DNA of 64,000 bases, taken from assembly GCA_963724955.1 (NCBI GenBank), contig CAVRWQ010000011.1:314357-378356 (forward strand). Reading direction: 5' to 3'. A program made the translations under genes and the position numbers. Below the pieces are notes generated by a model, which saw only the letters and a program-made list of their open reading frames with translations, ran no database searches and was not told the origin of the DNA. The DNA comes from an uncultured Acidobacteriota bacterium. GTDB lineage: Bacteria; Acidobacteriota; Vicinamibacteria; Vicinamibacterales; SCN-69-37. Below, in pieces: positions 31,245-41,920 of this stretch (position 1 is its first letter; each line of letters starts with the position of its first letter).

Positions 31245-32066
31245 GCCGGAATCCTGGCGGCCGGCTCCTCGAAGAACGCGATCGGTGGCACGCCGCCGAC
31301 GAGCTCCAGCGCGGCGGCCTCCCGGTAGTACGCCGAGAGTCCCTCGAGCGCGCGCGCGTCCAGACGAAACCTCAGATTGTCGCGCAGGTAGCGCCGCGCC
31401 ATCGTGATCCTTTCGGGCCGATCTCCGCAATAGGCGTCGGCAATCTGATCGCTCCGGGCGCACGCCGGCCTCGGCCGCCTGCTGAAGCCGCGCCACGACA
31501 GCCGCACTGACGGCGCCGGGCCGGCCGGCCCAGAACGCCCAGACGAACGGCAGGCCCGTCATCTCGCGTCCACGCGGCGCCGAGATCGATCTTCTCGGCG
31601 CCCATGCGCGCGCTGGTCCACGAACAGCGCCGGATCGCCGATGAGCAGCGCCGCGTCGGCTGCCGCCAGCATCGCCGCGAGATCCGGCGCGTGCGGAACG
31701 AACGCCGGGGCGATGCCGAAGCGGCGCGCGCAGAGAATCCGCGTCAGCACCGCCGACGTCCGCGACGACGTGTCGAGCGCGATCGATCGCACGTCGCGGA
31801 TCGGCCTGCGCGTGAACAGCGCGACCGACGCCACCGGCCCGTCCGATCCGATGCAGACGCCGGGCACGATGCGATCGCCGGGCCGATCGAGATAGCGTGA
31901 TCGACGGCACCATGCCGAGATCGATCGCGCCCTCCGCGAGCAGCTCGGCGCACACCGACGGCACGTCGAACCGCAGGCTGACGTCGCCGGGACAGCGCTC
32001 GAGGCCGTACACGAGCGGCCGCACGTTGAGGTAGTCGACCGCGCCGAGCCGGACCGGCCGCGTCAT
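31241..32066 (-). CDS. mqnA: chorismate dehydratase MqnA (frame changes)
   Basis: [23 protein letters not shown]...LRFDVPSVCAELLAEGAIDLGMVPS, LPFVWAFWAGRPG, and C-terminal ..YYREAAALELVGGVPPIAFFEE. Confidence 0.8.
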
Positions 32067-32989
32067 GCCGCGGACGCTCGTAGCGGCCGTCGCGCTCGAC
32101 CGGCGTCGGCGAACGCTGCGCGAATCTGGCGCTCGATGTCCTCGCGCGGCGCGCGGCGATGGCCCGAGGCCGCAGCGTGTCGACCGCGGCGACGCCGTCG
32201 ATGTCGTCGGCGCCGTAGGCGATCGCCACCTGCGCGAGCTTCGGCCCGTAGAGCGGCCAGTCCACCTGAATCAGCGGGATCGTCCCGCACATCGACGCGC
32301 GCCACCGCAATCGTCCGCACGTCGTCGTACCCGGTCGACGGCGCGTCGGGCGGATCCAGGCGCGGCAGCGGCGCAAACGCGCGCAGCACGCCGGTCTCCG
32401 CGCTGCAGCGTCGACGGCGCGCTCGATGAGGTCGAGCGCGAGCATCGAGTGCCGCGCGATCGACCGTCGCCCGCCAGACGCCGAGGCCGCCGTGGCGCGA
32501 CGGCGCGCACGACTTCGATCGCGTTCTCGGTGTCGCCGAGCCGGTCGAGCGGCGACTTCGGCGACCGCCTCGAGCCCGTCGGCGCGCAGCACTGCGCGAC
32601 AGCTCCGCCAGCGCCAGATGATCGCTGCCGACCAGCTCGAAGCAGATCGGCCAGCGAGAAGCCGGTGAGCGGCCGCTCGCCGGCGAGCGCGCGGCGCTCG
32701 CGCACGCGCGCCCGCGCTTCGTCGACCGAATCCGGCGGCGCCCATGAGGCGCACCTCGCCGGCCTCGCCAGGCTCGACCGGCGCGGCCGTGCCAGCGACG
32801 ATCGCAGCACGCGGCCGTACGTCACGCGATCGCCCGATCGCGCCTTGCGCGCGAGCTCGCCGAGCATGCCGACGCTGACGAGGTCGGGCGAGGCCAGCAG
32901 CGCTGCCGGCCTCGGCGCGCGTCAGCGACGTCGCCGGCCGCGACACGCGCTTCGAGATCGTCGCATGAAGACGTCGCGCAACGCGATCC
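32063..32989 (-). CDS. MqnC/MqnE-like protein without a detectable CX3CX2C cluster (frame changes)
   Basis: GTG at 32989 is preceded by aaggag. [27 protein letters not shown], then no Cys triad in any frame. The C-terminal part [43 protein letters not shown] parallels VDYLRTLAIARLVLDNFDNLQSSWVTQGGKVGQLSLGYGANDMGS of the 29059..30262 product. Confidence 0.5.
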
Positions 32990-34442
32990 ACGGCTCTCCT
33001 TGATCTTCTCCCAGATCGCGGCGGCCTTCTGCGGCGGCCGCGTCGGTCATCACGAGCCGCTTCGGGCACTCGCGCGTGACGCCCTCGACGGCCACTTGCG
33101 CGTCGCGTCGATGCCCATCTTGCCGCCGAACGCCGGCATGATCGCGGCGTCGTCGAGGTCGTCCACCGGCCCTGTCGCGATCTCGATGTCGCGCGACGGA
33201 TCGACGTGCGTGCCGGCGATCCAGGCGACCTCGGCCTCGTTCTGCACGTCCACGTCCTTGTCCACGACGACGATGCACTTGGAGAACATCAGCTGGCCGA
33301 GGCCCCAGAACGCGCTCATGATCTTGCGCGCGTGGCCCGGATAGCGCTTGTCGATCGAGACGAGCACGAGGTTGTGAAAGATGCCGGCCGCCGGAAAGTG
33401 CATGTCCACGATCTCCGGCAGCGTCTTGCGGATGAGCGGCAGGAAGATCCGCTCGCTCGCCTTGCCGAGGTAGTAGTCCTCCATCGGCGGAATGCCGACG
33501 ACCGTCGTCACGTAGACCGGATTCTTGCGCATCGTCAGGCAGGTGCAGGTGGAACACCGGGAAGTCGTCGGCGAGCGAGTAGAGGCCGGTGTGATCGCCG
33601 AACGGGCCCTCGCGGCGCCGCTCGCCCGGCTCGACGTAGCCCTCGAGGACGATCTGCGCGCTGCGCCGGCACCTCGAGATCGACGGTCCGGCACTTGACG
33701 AGCTCGACGCGGCGCTTGCCGAGGACGCCGGCGAGCATCAGCTCGTCGAGCCCTTCGGGCATCGGCGCGGTCGCCGCAGTAGGTGCAGCACGGGATCGGC
33801 GCCGAGCGCGACGGCGACTTCGAGCCGCTTGCCCAGCCGCTCGGCGACGCGATGATGCTGCGCGCCGCCCTTGTGCCGCTGCCAGTGCATGCCGGTCGTG
33901 CGGCGGTCGTAGACCTGCATGCGGTACGTGCCGATGTTGCGCATGCCGGTTTCGGGATCGCGCGTGATGACGAGCGGCAGCGTGATGAACGGCCCGCCGT
34001 CTTCCGGCCAGGTCTTGAGCATCGGCAGCTCGTCGAGGCCGCCGTCGGTCTTGACGACTTCCTGGCACGGCGCGTCCTTGACGGTCTTCGGCATCAGATC
34101 GGTCAGCCGGCTCACGAGCGGCATCATCTTCAGCGCGTCCATGAAGCCGCGCGGCTGCGGCGGCGTCGTGAGCTCCTCGATCTCCTCCGCGAGATCGTCG
34201 AGCTTCTCGACGCCGAGCGCCAGGCAGATGCGCGACATCGATCCGAAGAGGTTCGCGGCGACCGGCATGTCGAACCCGGTCGGCCTCTCGAACAGCAGTC
34301 CCGGCCCGCCGCCCGGCGACTTGCAGACGCGATCGATGACCGCGGCCATCTCGAGGTCGGGGCTGACGGCTCGCTGATGCGCGCGAGATCCTTGCGGCGC
34401 TCGAGCTCGGCGATGAACGCGTGAGATGTCGGTGAACGTCAT
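32990..34442 (-). CDS. ubiD: UbiD-family decarboxylase (menaquinone-type; frame changes; 3' end approximate)
   Basis: MTFTDIS.., [139 protein letters not shown]. Confidence 0.8.
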
Positions 34443-35407
34443 CAGCTCGCCCCTGCCTCGATCGCCTCGGCGACCCGCGTCGCGAGCGCCAGCGCGCGCC
34501 GGCCGTCGGCGCCGGTGACGCGCGGCGGCCGGCCGGTCGCGGATCGCGCTCGACGAAATCCTCGAGCTCGCGCCTGAGCGGCTCTTCACGCGGCACCTCG
34601 ACTGCGCCCGCCCTCGATCGCCGGCCGCTCGCCCGGCCGCCGGCGCAGCCGCCAGACTTCGAGCTCCTGCGCGGCGTAGTCCACCGACACGTACATGTCC
34701 GGCTGAAAGAACCGCACCTTGCGCACCTTGTCGCGGCTGATGCGGCTCGCGGTGATGTTCGCGATGCAGCCCGACGCGAACTTCACCCGCGCGTTGGCGA
34801 TGTCGATCTTCGGCGTCAGCACCGGCACGCCGATCGCGTCGACGGTCACGACCTCGCGTCCCGATCGACGGCCAGAATGATATCGAGATCGTGAATCATC
34901 ACGTCGAAGATGACGTCGATGTCGAGGCTGCGCTCGGGAAAGCCGCTGAGCCGGTGCACTTCGATGAAGCGCGGCGTCCGCAGCGACCGGCAGCGCCGCC
35001 GCGATCGGCGGGATTGAAGCGCTCGGTGTGCCCGACGGCCAGCATCGCGCCGTGGCGGCTGGCCAGCGCGATGCAGCTCGTCGGCCTCCGCGAGCGACGC
35101 GGCCATCGGCTTTTCGACGAGCACGTGCGACGCCGCGCTCGAGGAACGGCCGCGCGACCGCCAGATGGCTCGCGGTCGGCACGGCGACGACGACGGCGTC
35201 GACCGTGCCGAGCAGCGCGCGGTCGTCCGTCAGCGCCTCGCCGCGGTGCCGGCCACGGCCGCGTGCGCGCGTTCTTCGACCAGGTCAACCGCCGCCGACG
35301 AGCTCGACGCCCGGCATCGCTGCCGAGCAAGCCGCGCATGGTGCCGGCCGAGATGGCCGACGCCGATGACGCCGATCGCGGAGTGGCGCGCGAGCAGCGT
35401 CGCTCAT
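34443..35407 (-). CDS. Gfo/Idh/MocA-family oxidoreductase (frame changes)
   Basis: [13 protein letters not shown]-type N-terminus after correction, [79 protein letters not shown], and C-terminal [12 protein letters not shown]. Confidence 0.7.
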
Positions 35408-35413
35408 CGCCGT

Positions 35414-36236
35414 CTAGCGCCGCCCGACGACGACGATGCCGGCGTCGTCGGCCGCGCGGACGAAGCGCGTCGCCGTCGAGGATCAGCGTCCGCCCGGCGT
35501 CGATCGACAGCGCGTCGGCGCCCGCCGCCCGCATCGCGGCGATCGTCGCGACGCCGACGACCGGCACGTCGAACCGCATGTCCTGCGACGGCTTGGCGAC
35601 CTTGACGACGCGCGCACCGGCGCCCGCCAGGCTGCCCGCGCGCGCGATCGCCTCGTCGGTGCCTTCCATCGCCTCGACGGCGACGACGGCGCGGTCCTTC
35701 ACGACGATCGTCTGGCCGATGTCGAGACCGGCGATCGCATCGGCGACGCGGTAGCCGAACTCGAAGTCCGCGCGCATCGCGTCGGTCGGCGGCGCGCGCG
35801 TCAGCACACCGGGCCTGGCCAGCAGATCCGCGAGCAGCGCCGTCGAATCCATCAGCGTGATGCCCTGCCTTCCAGCACGTCGGCCACCGCGGCGATCAGC
35901 GCGTCGGTGTTCTTCGCCTTCAGCCGCGCCAGCACCGACAGCAGCGTCAGGTCCGGCATCACGCCGCCGAAGAGCTTGACGTGCTTGACCTGGCCGGCCA
36001 TCACGGCCTGCGGCTCACGCCGCGCCCTTGAAGCGTCTTGATGCACTTGCCGAGCTGGCCGAGCTGGATCCACGTGAACGTCGTGCCGCCCAGCTCCGCG
36101 CGCGAGCGCCTTCGAGCTCGGGCGACGGCCTCGCCTTCGATCGCGACGACCGACGACGTCGTGGCCGAGCTGGCGCGCCGCGCGCAGCACGAGAAACGGA
36201 AACGTGCCGTTGCCGGCGATCAGGCCGATCGGCCAC
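35414..36236 (-). CDS. lpxI: UDP-2,3-diacylglucosamine diphosphatase LpxI (DUF1009; frame changes)
   Basis: [86 protein letters not shown]...[19 protein letters not shown]. Confidence 0.75.
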
Positions 36237-36243
36237 GGCGCGC

Positions 36244-37060
36244 CTACTCCACGTCGACCAGATCGTCCACGCGCTTGCGACGGCCGGCGCAGGATGACGC
36301 CGCGCTTGGCCGAGGTGATGAAGTTGCACGAGGTAGGTCACCTCCGGCGCGGCGAGCGTGCGGATCGCGCTCGATCAGCTCGAGCGCGCGGCTGGTGTTG
36401 TGCTGGACGCAGCTGCCGGTAGGCGCGGCGCAGCTTGCCGATCAGCTCCTGGCTGAATCCGCGGCGCGCCAGGCCGATCGCAGTTGACGCCGTAGATCCG
36501 CGCGCGGTTGCCGACGGTCTTGGCAAACGGCAGCGCGTCGCGCGTGACGACGGTGTAGCCGCCGATGAACGCGTGCTGGCCGACGCGGCAGAACTGGTGC
36601 ACGCCCGAGTAGGCGCTGATCGTCGCGAAGTCCTCGACCGTCACGTGACCGCCGAGCGTCGCGGCGTTGCCGAAGATCGTGTGGCTGCCGACGTGGCAGT
36701 CGTGCGCGACGTGCGCGTAGGCCATGAACAGGTTGTGATCGCCGATGCGTCGTCACGCCGCCGCCGCCGGCCGTGCCGCGGTGAATCGTGACGAACTCGC
36801 GGAAGACGTTGTGCTGGCCGATGACGAGCCGCGTCGGCTCGCCCCTGATACTTCAGGTCCTGCGGCGCGAGGCCGATCGACGCGAACGGCGCAGATCTCG
36901 CGTGTGATCGCCGATCTCGGTCCAGCCGTCGACGACGCTCGACGCGCCGATGCGGCAGTTGCGGCCGATCGCGACGTGCGGCCCGATCGTCGCGTACGGG
37001 CCGATGATCGTGCCCTCGCCGATCCGTCGCGTCGGGATGGACGATCGCCGTCTCGATGGA
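36244..37060 (-). CDS. lpxA: acyl-ACP:UDP-GlcNAc O-acyltransferase (frame changes; 5' boundary with fabZ unresolved)
   Basis: [38 protein letters not shown] (after removing one base near 37028), [68 protein letters not shown]. Confidence 0.8.
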
Positions 37061-37534
37061 TCGAGCGGCGCGCCGTCGTCGCGGCGCCGTGCGCGTCCGC
37101 GCGGCTCGATCACGATGACGAGCTCGGCTTCGGCGACGACCTGGCCGTCGACCGACGCGACCGCCGCCGCGCGCACGATCCGGCCGCGCCGCCGGCCCAT
37201 CGTGACCTCGAGCTCGAGCCGATCGCCCGGCACGACCTGGCGGCGGAACTTCGCGTTGTCGACGCCGCGCAGCCACGCGCACCGATCCGGCGGCCCGCCG
37301 CTGCCGAAGAGCAGCAGCGTCGCCACCTGCGTGAGCGATTCGATCATGAGCACGCCCGGCATGAGCGGCGTGCCCGGGAAAGTGGCCCTGGAAGAACTCT
37401 TCGTTGACCGTGACGTTCTTGACCGCGACGATGCGGCGGCCGGGCTCGTGATGGGTGACCGCGTCGACGAGCACCGACGGATAGCGGTACGACAGGCGCT
37501 CGAGGACGGGCAGGATGTTGCATCGGCGGTACAC
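37061..37534 (-). CDS. fabZ: 3-hydroxyacyl-ACP dehydratase FabZ (frame changes; 3' boundary unresolved)
   Basis: [59 protein letters not shown]...[20 protein letters not shown]. Confidence 0.8.
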
Positions 37535-37610
37535 AATGAACGGACCGCGCGTCCGGCGGCCGGGCGTGCCGATGCGACGCCCGGCCGAGTCTCGGCCGCG
37601 TGACGCGACG

Positions 37611-38285
37611 TTACTTGCCGTCGCGTCGAGACGCTTGACGACTTCGGCCGACAGGTCGAGGCCCGGCGTGCGCCGCGGCGATCGTTCGAGCCGTCACCGA
37701 GCTGCGAAGACGATCCACAGCCCCTTCTCCTTGCGGATGGCTTCGACGATCGGCAGCACCTTGTCCTGGAAGCTCGTCGAGCAGCTCGCTGCTGCAGCTG
37801 CTCGACCTGGACCTGCGCGTCCTGCTGCATGAACTGCGCTTCGCGGCGTCAGCCGATCGAGCTCGCTTGCTCCATGCCGCTGCATCGACGGTCGTCGAGC
37901 GACCGACGCCTGCTGCGTCTTCATCTTCTCCTGCAGCGCCTGGATCTCCTTGTTCTTGCGCCGCGAGCTGCGCCGCTCAGCTTGTCGTTGAGCGCCTTCA
38001 TCTGGTCGCTGCCCGGCTTGCCGAGCTTCGACTCGTGCACGACGCGCTGCAGGTCGACGAACGCGACCTTGGCGTCCGGCAGGAAACGGCACCGGGGTCG
38101 CCGGCGCTTGGGCGTCGGCGTGGCCGGCTTGTCCTGCGCGCCGGTCGCCGGGCGGCGGTGTCGTCGCCGGCGGCGGCGTAGGCTTGGCAGGGGGCGGAGT
38201 CTGGGTCGGCGGCGGCGTCTGCGCCAGGCGCATTCCCGGCGACCAACAGCGCTCCCAGCGCTAGCGTCATCGTCATACGTCTCAT
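37611..38285 (-). CDS. OmpH/Skp-family periplasmic chaperone (frame changes)
   Basis: Signal [22 protein letters not shown], a Pro-rich segment, coiled-coil-like K/E/Q-rich fragments ([16 protein letters not shown]), ...[22 protein letters not shown]. In the usual position between bamA and fabZ/lpxA. Confidence 0.6.
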
Positions 38286-38546
38286 GTGGGTCAACACCTT
38301 AGGCAGCGAAAGATACCGTAGACAGCGGCTCAGGGCAAACGGCACCGAGACCTCGTGTCCTAAGACGCGGGCGTAGCCGGTCCGGCCGCTCTGCTGCGAC
38401 AAACCCGCAGGCACGGGCATCATGAGTCTACCAGAGCCCGGCCCCGAGCCTGTCAGGCGGCCGGATCCGGCCCGGTCGAGCGGCGCGCGGCAGCCGGTGC
38501 CTGCGGCGCCCGACTATTTGGTTCGACTCGTCGTCAAGGAGAATGC

Positions 38547-38970
38547 ATGCGTAGAGTGTTCCGTCCCGTTCTCGCGGCCGTCGCCATCGCGCTCGGCGCC
38601 GCCGCCTGCGATTCCGGCAGCCCGACCGCCCCGCCACCCCACGCCGCCCGCGCCGACCGTCACCGAGACGTTCAGCGGCACGATCGCGGTCAACGGCGCC
38701 ATGACCTTCACGTTCTCGACGCCTCGCGGCAGGTCCCCTGGCCGCCCACGCTCAAGGCGATCACCCCCGACGCCACGATTTCCGTCGGCTTCAGCGTCGG
38801 CACGTTGGAACGGCACGACCTGTCAGGTCACGCTGGCGAACGACACCGCGCTCCAGGGCACGACCATCCTCGGCAACATCAACGGCGCCGGCATCTTCTG
38901 CGCGCGCATCTACGACGCCGGCAAGCTCGTCGAGGCGACGTCGTTCGAGTTCACAGTCACCCACCCATAG
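38547..38970 (+). CDS. small lipoprotein, function unknown (frame changes)
   Basis: Strong SD aaggagaatgcATG. Lipobox-like MRRVFRPVLAAVAIALGAAAC. The mature part TVTETFSGTIAVNGAMTFTFST...WNGTTCQVTLANDTALQGTTILGNINGAGIFCARIYDAGKLVEATSFEFTVTHP is in a second frame. Confidence 0.55.
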
Positions 38971-39139
38971 AGCCAGGGGAGCTCCCGGACTCCTCGAGTG
39001 CGGTGAAGTACTGGGTGAAAAGCACGGAAGTACTGGTGTGAGGGCACTACGAGACGACCTGGCGCCGCTTTCCACGACGCTCCGTACCTGACGTGCCTTT
39101 CAGACGTCTCGTGCTTCTCCTGAAGTCCTCTGCGCTGCT

Positions 39140-41826
39140 CTAGAACGTCGTGCCGACCGCGAAGCGGAAGGTGAACTTCGGCGTCGGCTGCAGGTTGTTG
39201 TTGAGCACGCCGCGGCGCGACGGGTTGTAGGCGGCGATCAGGCGGAACGGCACGTTCAGCACCGGCATGAAGAAGCGCACTTCGACGCCGGTCGACGTCT
39301 TGAACGCGGGCGTCTTGCCGACGACGCGTGTATCTCGGACTCGGATCGATGCCGATCGGCGTGAGCAGGACGGCGTCGTGAACGGATCGGTGAGGAGCGG
39401 CGGTATCGCCGGCGACGAGCTGGCGTGATCGGATCGTTCCAGCGCGAAGCTCTGGCCGATGTCCTGGACCTGGCCGGCGTCGTAGAAGCCGAGGACGCGC
39501 ACGGGCCCGCCGATGTTGATGTAGAACTCGGCGTTGAACAGCAGCGTCTTGTTGCCGCCGGTGACGACGCTCTGGTTCACGGATCGCGCGGGCCGATGCT
39601 GCGGATGTCGAAGCCGCGCACGCTGTACTCGCCGCCGAGGAAGAACTTCTCGAAGATCGGCAGCGTCCGTGGTCCCGCCGTACGGGCCGGATGTACTGCC
39701 CCTCGGCGCGGATGCCGAACGACATGCGCGGCGTCGAGCGGCATGTACCAGATGCCTTCCAGCGCGCGACTGCAGGTACTGCGTGTTGCCGCCAAGACCC
39801 GCGATGTCGAGCGCGGCCGTGTAGCGCGTGCCGCTCGTCGGGAAGATCGGCTGGTTGACCGTGTTGAAGACGACGCTCGGCGAGATCTTGCTGACCGTGC
39901 GGCGGCCGCCCGTAGTCGAGCAGCAGCGACTCGCGCAGGATACGGGCTCTGCCGCAGCACCACCGGGTCGAGATAGCGCCGGGTTGATGTCGTAGACCTG
40001 GATCTGCTCGTAGCTGTAGCCCATGAACAGCCGCGTGTAGTCGGCGAGCGGGAAGCCGAACACGACGTTGCTGCCCGTCGCGTCCTGCGTGTACTGGAGT
40101 CGGGTAGATGTACTGGCGGCGTGAACACGTCGACGCCGACCGTGATCGGCCGGTCGAACAGGTACGGCTCGCTGAACGAGACCTGGTACTGCCGGGCCTG
40201 CGAGCCCTTCTGCAGCGAGACGCCGAGCGTCTCGCCGCGGCCGAGGAAGTTCGACGTCTGGAACGACAGCTGGCCGAAGAACCCGTCGAACTGCGACACG
40301 CCGGCGCCGAACGAGATCTGATTGCGGTTCTGCTCCTCGAACTTCAGCTTGATGTCGACCTTGTCGTCCATGCCCGGCGTCGGCGCGACGTCGATCTCGC
40401 CTTCCTTGCCCTCGAGCGGCTTGAAGTAGCCGAGCTGGTTCAGGCGGCGGACGCTCTCCTTGAGCGCCTCGCGTGTTGAAGACGCCGCCCTCGAGCACGC
40501 GCATCTCGCGGCGGATGACGCTGTCGTGCGTCGTCGTGTTGCCGGGGAAGGTGATGCGGTTGACGAAGAACTGCTTGCCTTCGACCATCTTCACCGTGAC
40601 GTCGACGATGGGCGGCGGCGGCTCGGGCCCGAGCGGCTTGCCGGTCTCGGGATCGATGCCGCGCGGCACGGATGTCGACGTCGGGCGCCCACTGCCAGAA
40701 GCCGACGGTGCCGTAGATCTCCTTCGCCTTCTCGATGCCCTTGCGGATCTTCTTCGTCGTTGTAGAACTCGCCTTCCTGCATCTTGAAGAGCGCGCGCAG
40801 GACCTCGGTCCGGACCGCCGTGTTGTCGGCGATCTCGAACGTGCCGATCCGGTAGCGCAGCCCCTCGTCGACCGGGATGCGCAGCCGGATCCAGCGCGTC
40901 TTGCCGTCCTTCGAGTCCTCGACGGTCTCGATCTGCGGCTGCCCGACTGCGCGCGCGCACGTAGCCCTTGTTCTGGTAGAACTCGCTGACATCAGGTCGG
41001 CGTCGTCGGCGAACTTCGCTTCCTGGTACGTGCCGCTGCCGGTGATGAACGACAGCCAGTTCTTCGGCTTGTTCTCCTTCATCTGGCCGCGCAGCTTGCC
41101 GTCGCTGAACGCCTGGTTGCCGTCGAAGACGACCTCGCGAATCTTGAACTTCGGGCCCCTGGTCGATCGTGAACGTCAGGTGCACGAGCTTCGGGCCGGC
41201 CGGCAGGTCGGTCGTCGACGTCTCGATCTTCGCGTCGTTGTAGCCCTTCTCGGCATAGAGCTCGCGGATGACGCCCTTGACCGGCGGATCGTCGCCTCGT
41301 CGACGAACGCGTCGAGCCGGAGCTCGATGCTGTTCTCGCTTCAGCGCTGTCCTCGATCTTCGAGATCTCGACCTTCAGTCTTGGTCCCGACCGCCGGGAC
41401 GTAGTCGACGACCTTGACGCGCGAGCGCTCCTCGATGTGGAAGATGACGTGCTTGCCCATGACGCCGTTGTCGTACGGCTCGTCGATGACCTCGATCCAG
41501 AGGTTGTCGAGGAAGTTGGTGCGCCAGAGGTTCCAGAAGTCGGCCTGGACGGCGTCTTCGTCGTACGGCGCCCACTTGTTCTGACTCGGCCAGCGAGGGC
41601 GCGGTCTTGATGTAGATAGCTGGTACGTCTGCTGCTCGACGATCGTCTCGTTCACGGGATGCGCGACTGAGCTCGATGCACCGGACCAGCACGGGCGAGC
41701 TCGGCGGGCGGCAGCTTCGCGGGCGGCCGGGCACGGCGCCACCTGGGCGTCGGCAGGCGCCGGCCAGCCAAGGGCAGCCAGCACGACGACCGCGGCAAAG
41801 ATACGCGGAAGACTTGGAAAACGCAT
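39140..41826 (-). CDS. bamA: outer membrane protein assembly factor BamA (many frame changes)
   Basis: Signal MRFPSLPRIFAAVVVLAALGWPAPADA. POTRA fragments (VNRITFPGNTTTHDSVIRREMRVLEGGVFN). Barrel fragments (GGNKTLLFNAEFYINIGGPVRVLGFYDAGQV; GVEVRFFMPVLNVPFRLIAAYNP) ending ..FRFAVGTTF*. Confidence 0.85.
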
Positions 41827-41857
41827 CTCGTCAGCTTCCACTTTACCCTGAATAGGG

Positions 41858-41914
41858 GGCGGCCCACGATTGGCGGCTCAAAGTTCGAGCCGCTCTACGT
41901 ACGAGCCGCCCTAC
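41858..41914 (-). repeat. composite REP-like element (two GTAG heads, tandem 16-nt duplication) between clpC and bamA
   Basis: Plus strand ggcggccc-acgat-tggcggctc-aaagttc-gagccgct-ctac-gta-cgagccgcc-ctac. It shares ggcggccc and the gccgccctac tail with the other copies. Confidence 0.6.
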
Positions 41915-41920
41915 GTGGTC

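Noticed and set aside
41872-41894. tRNA-like T-arm (..aagttcgagccgc..)
   Set aside because: The flanks contain no acceptor stem, D-arm or anticodon arm. The segment is fully explained as a REP-like hairpin.
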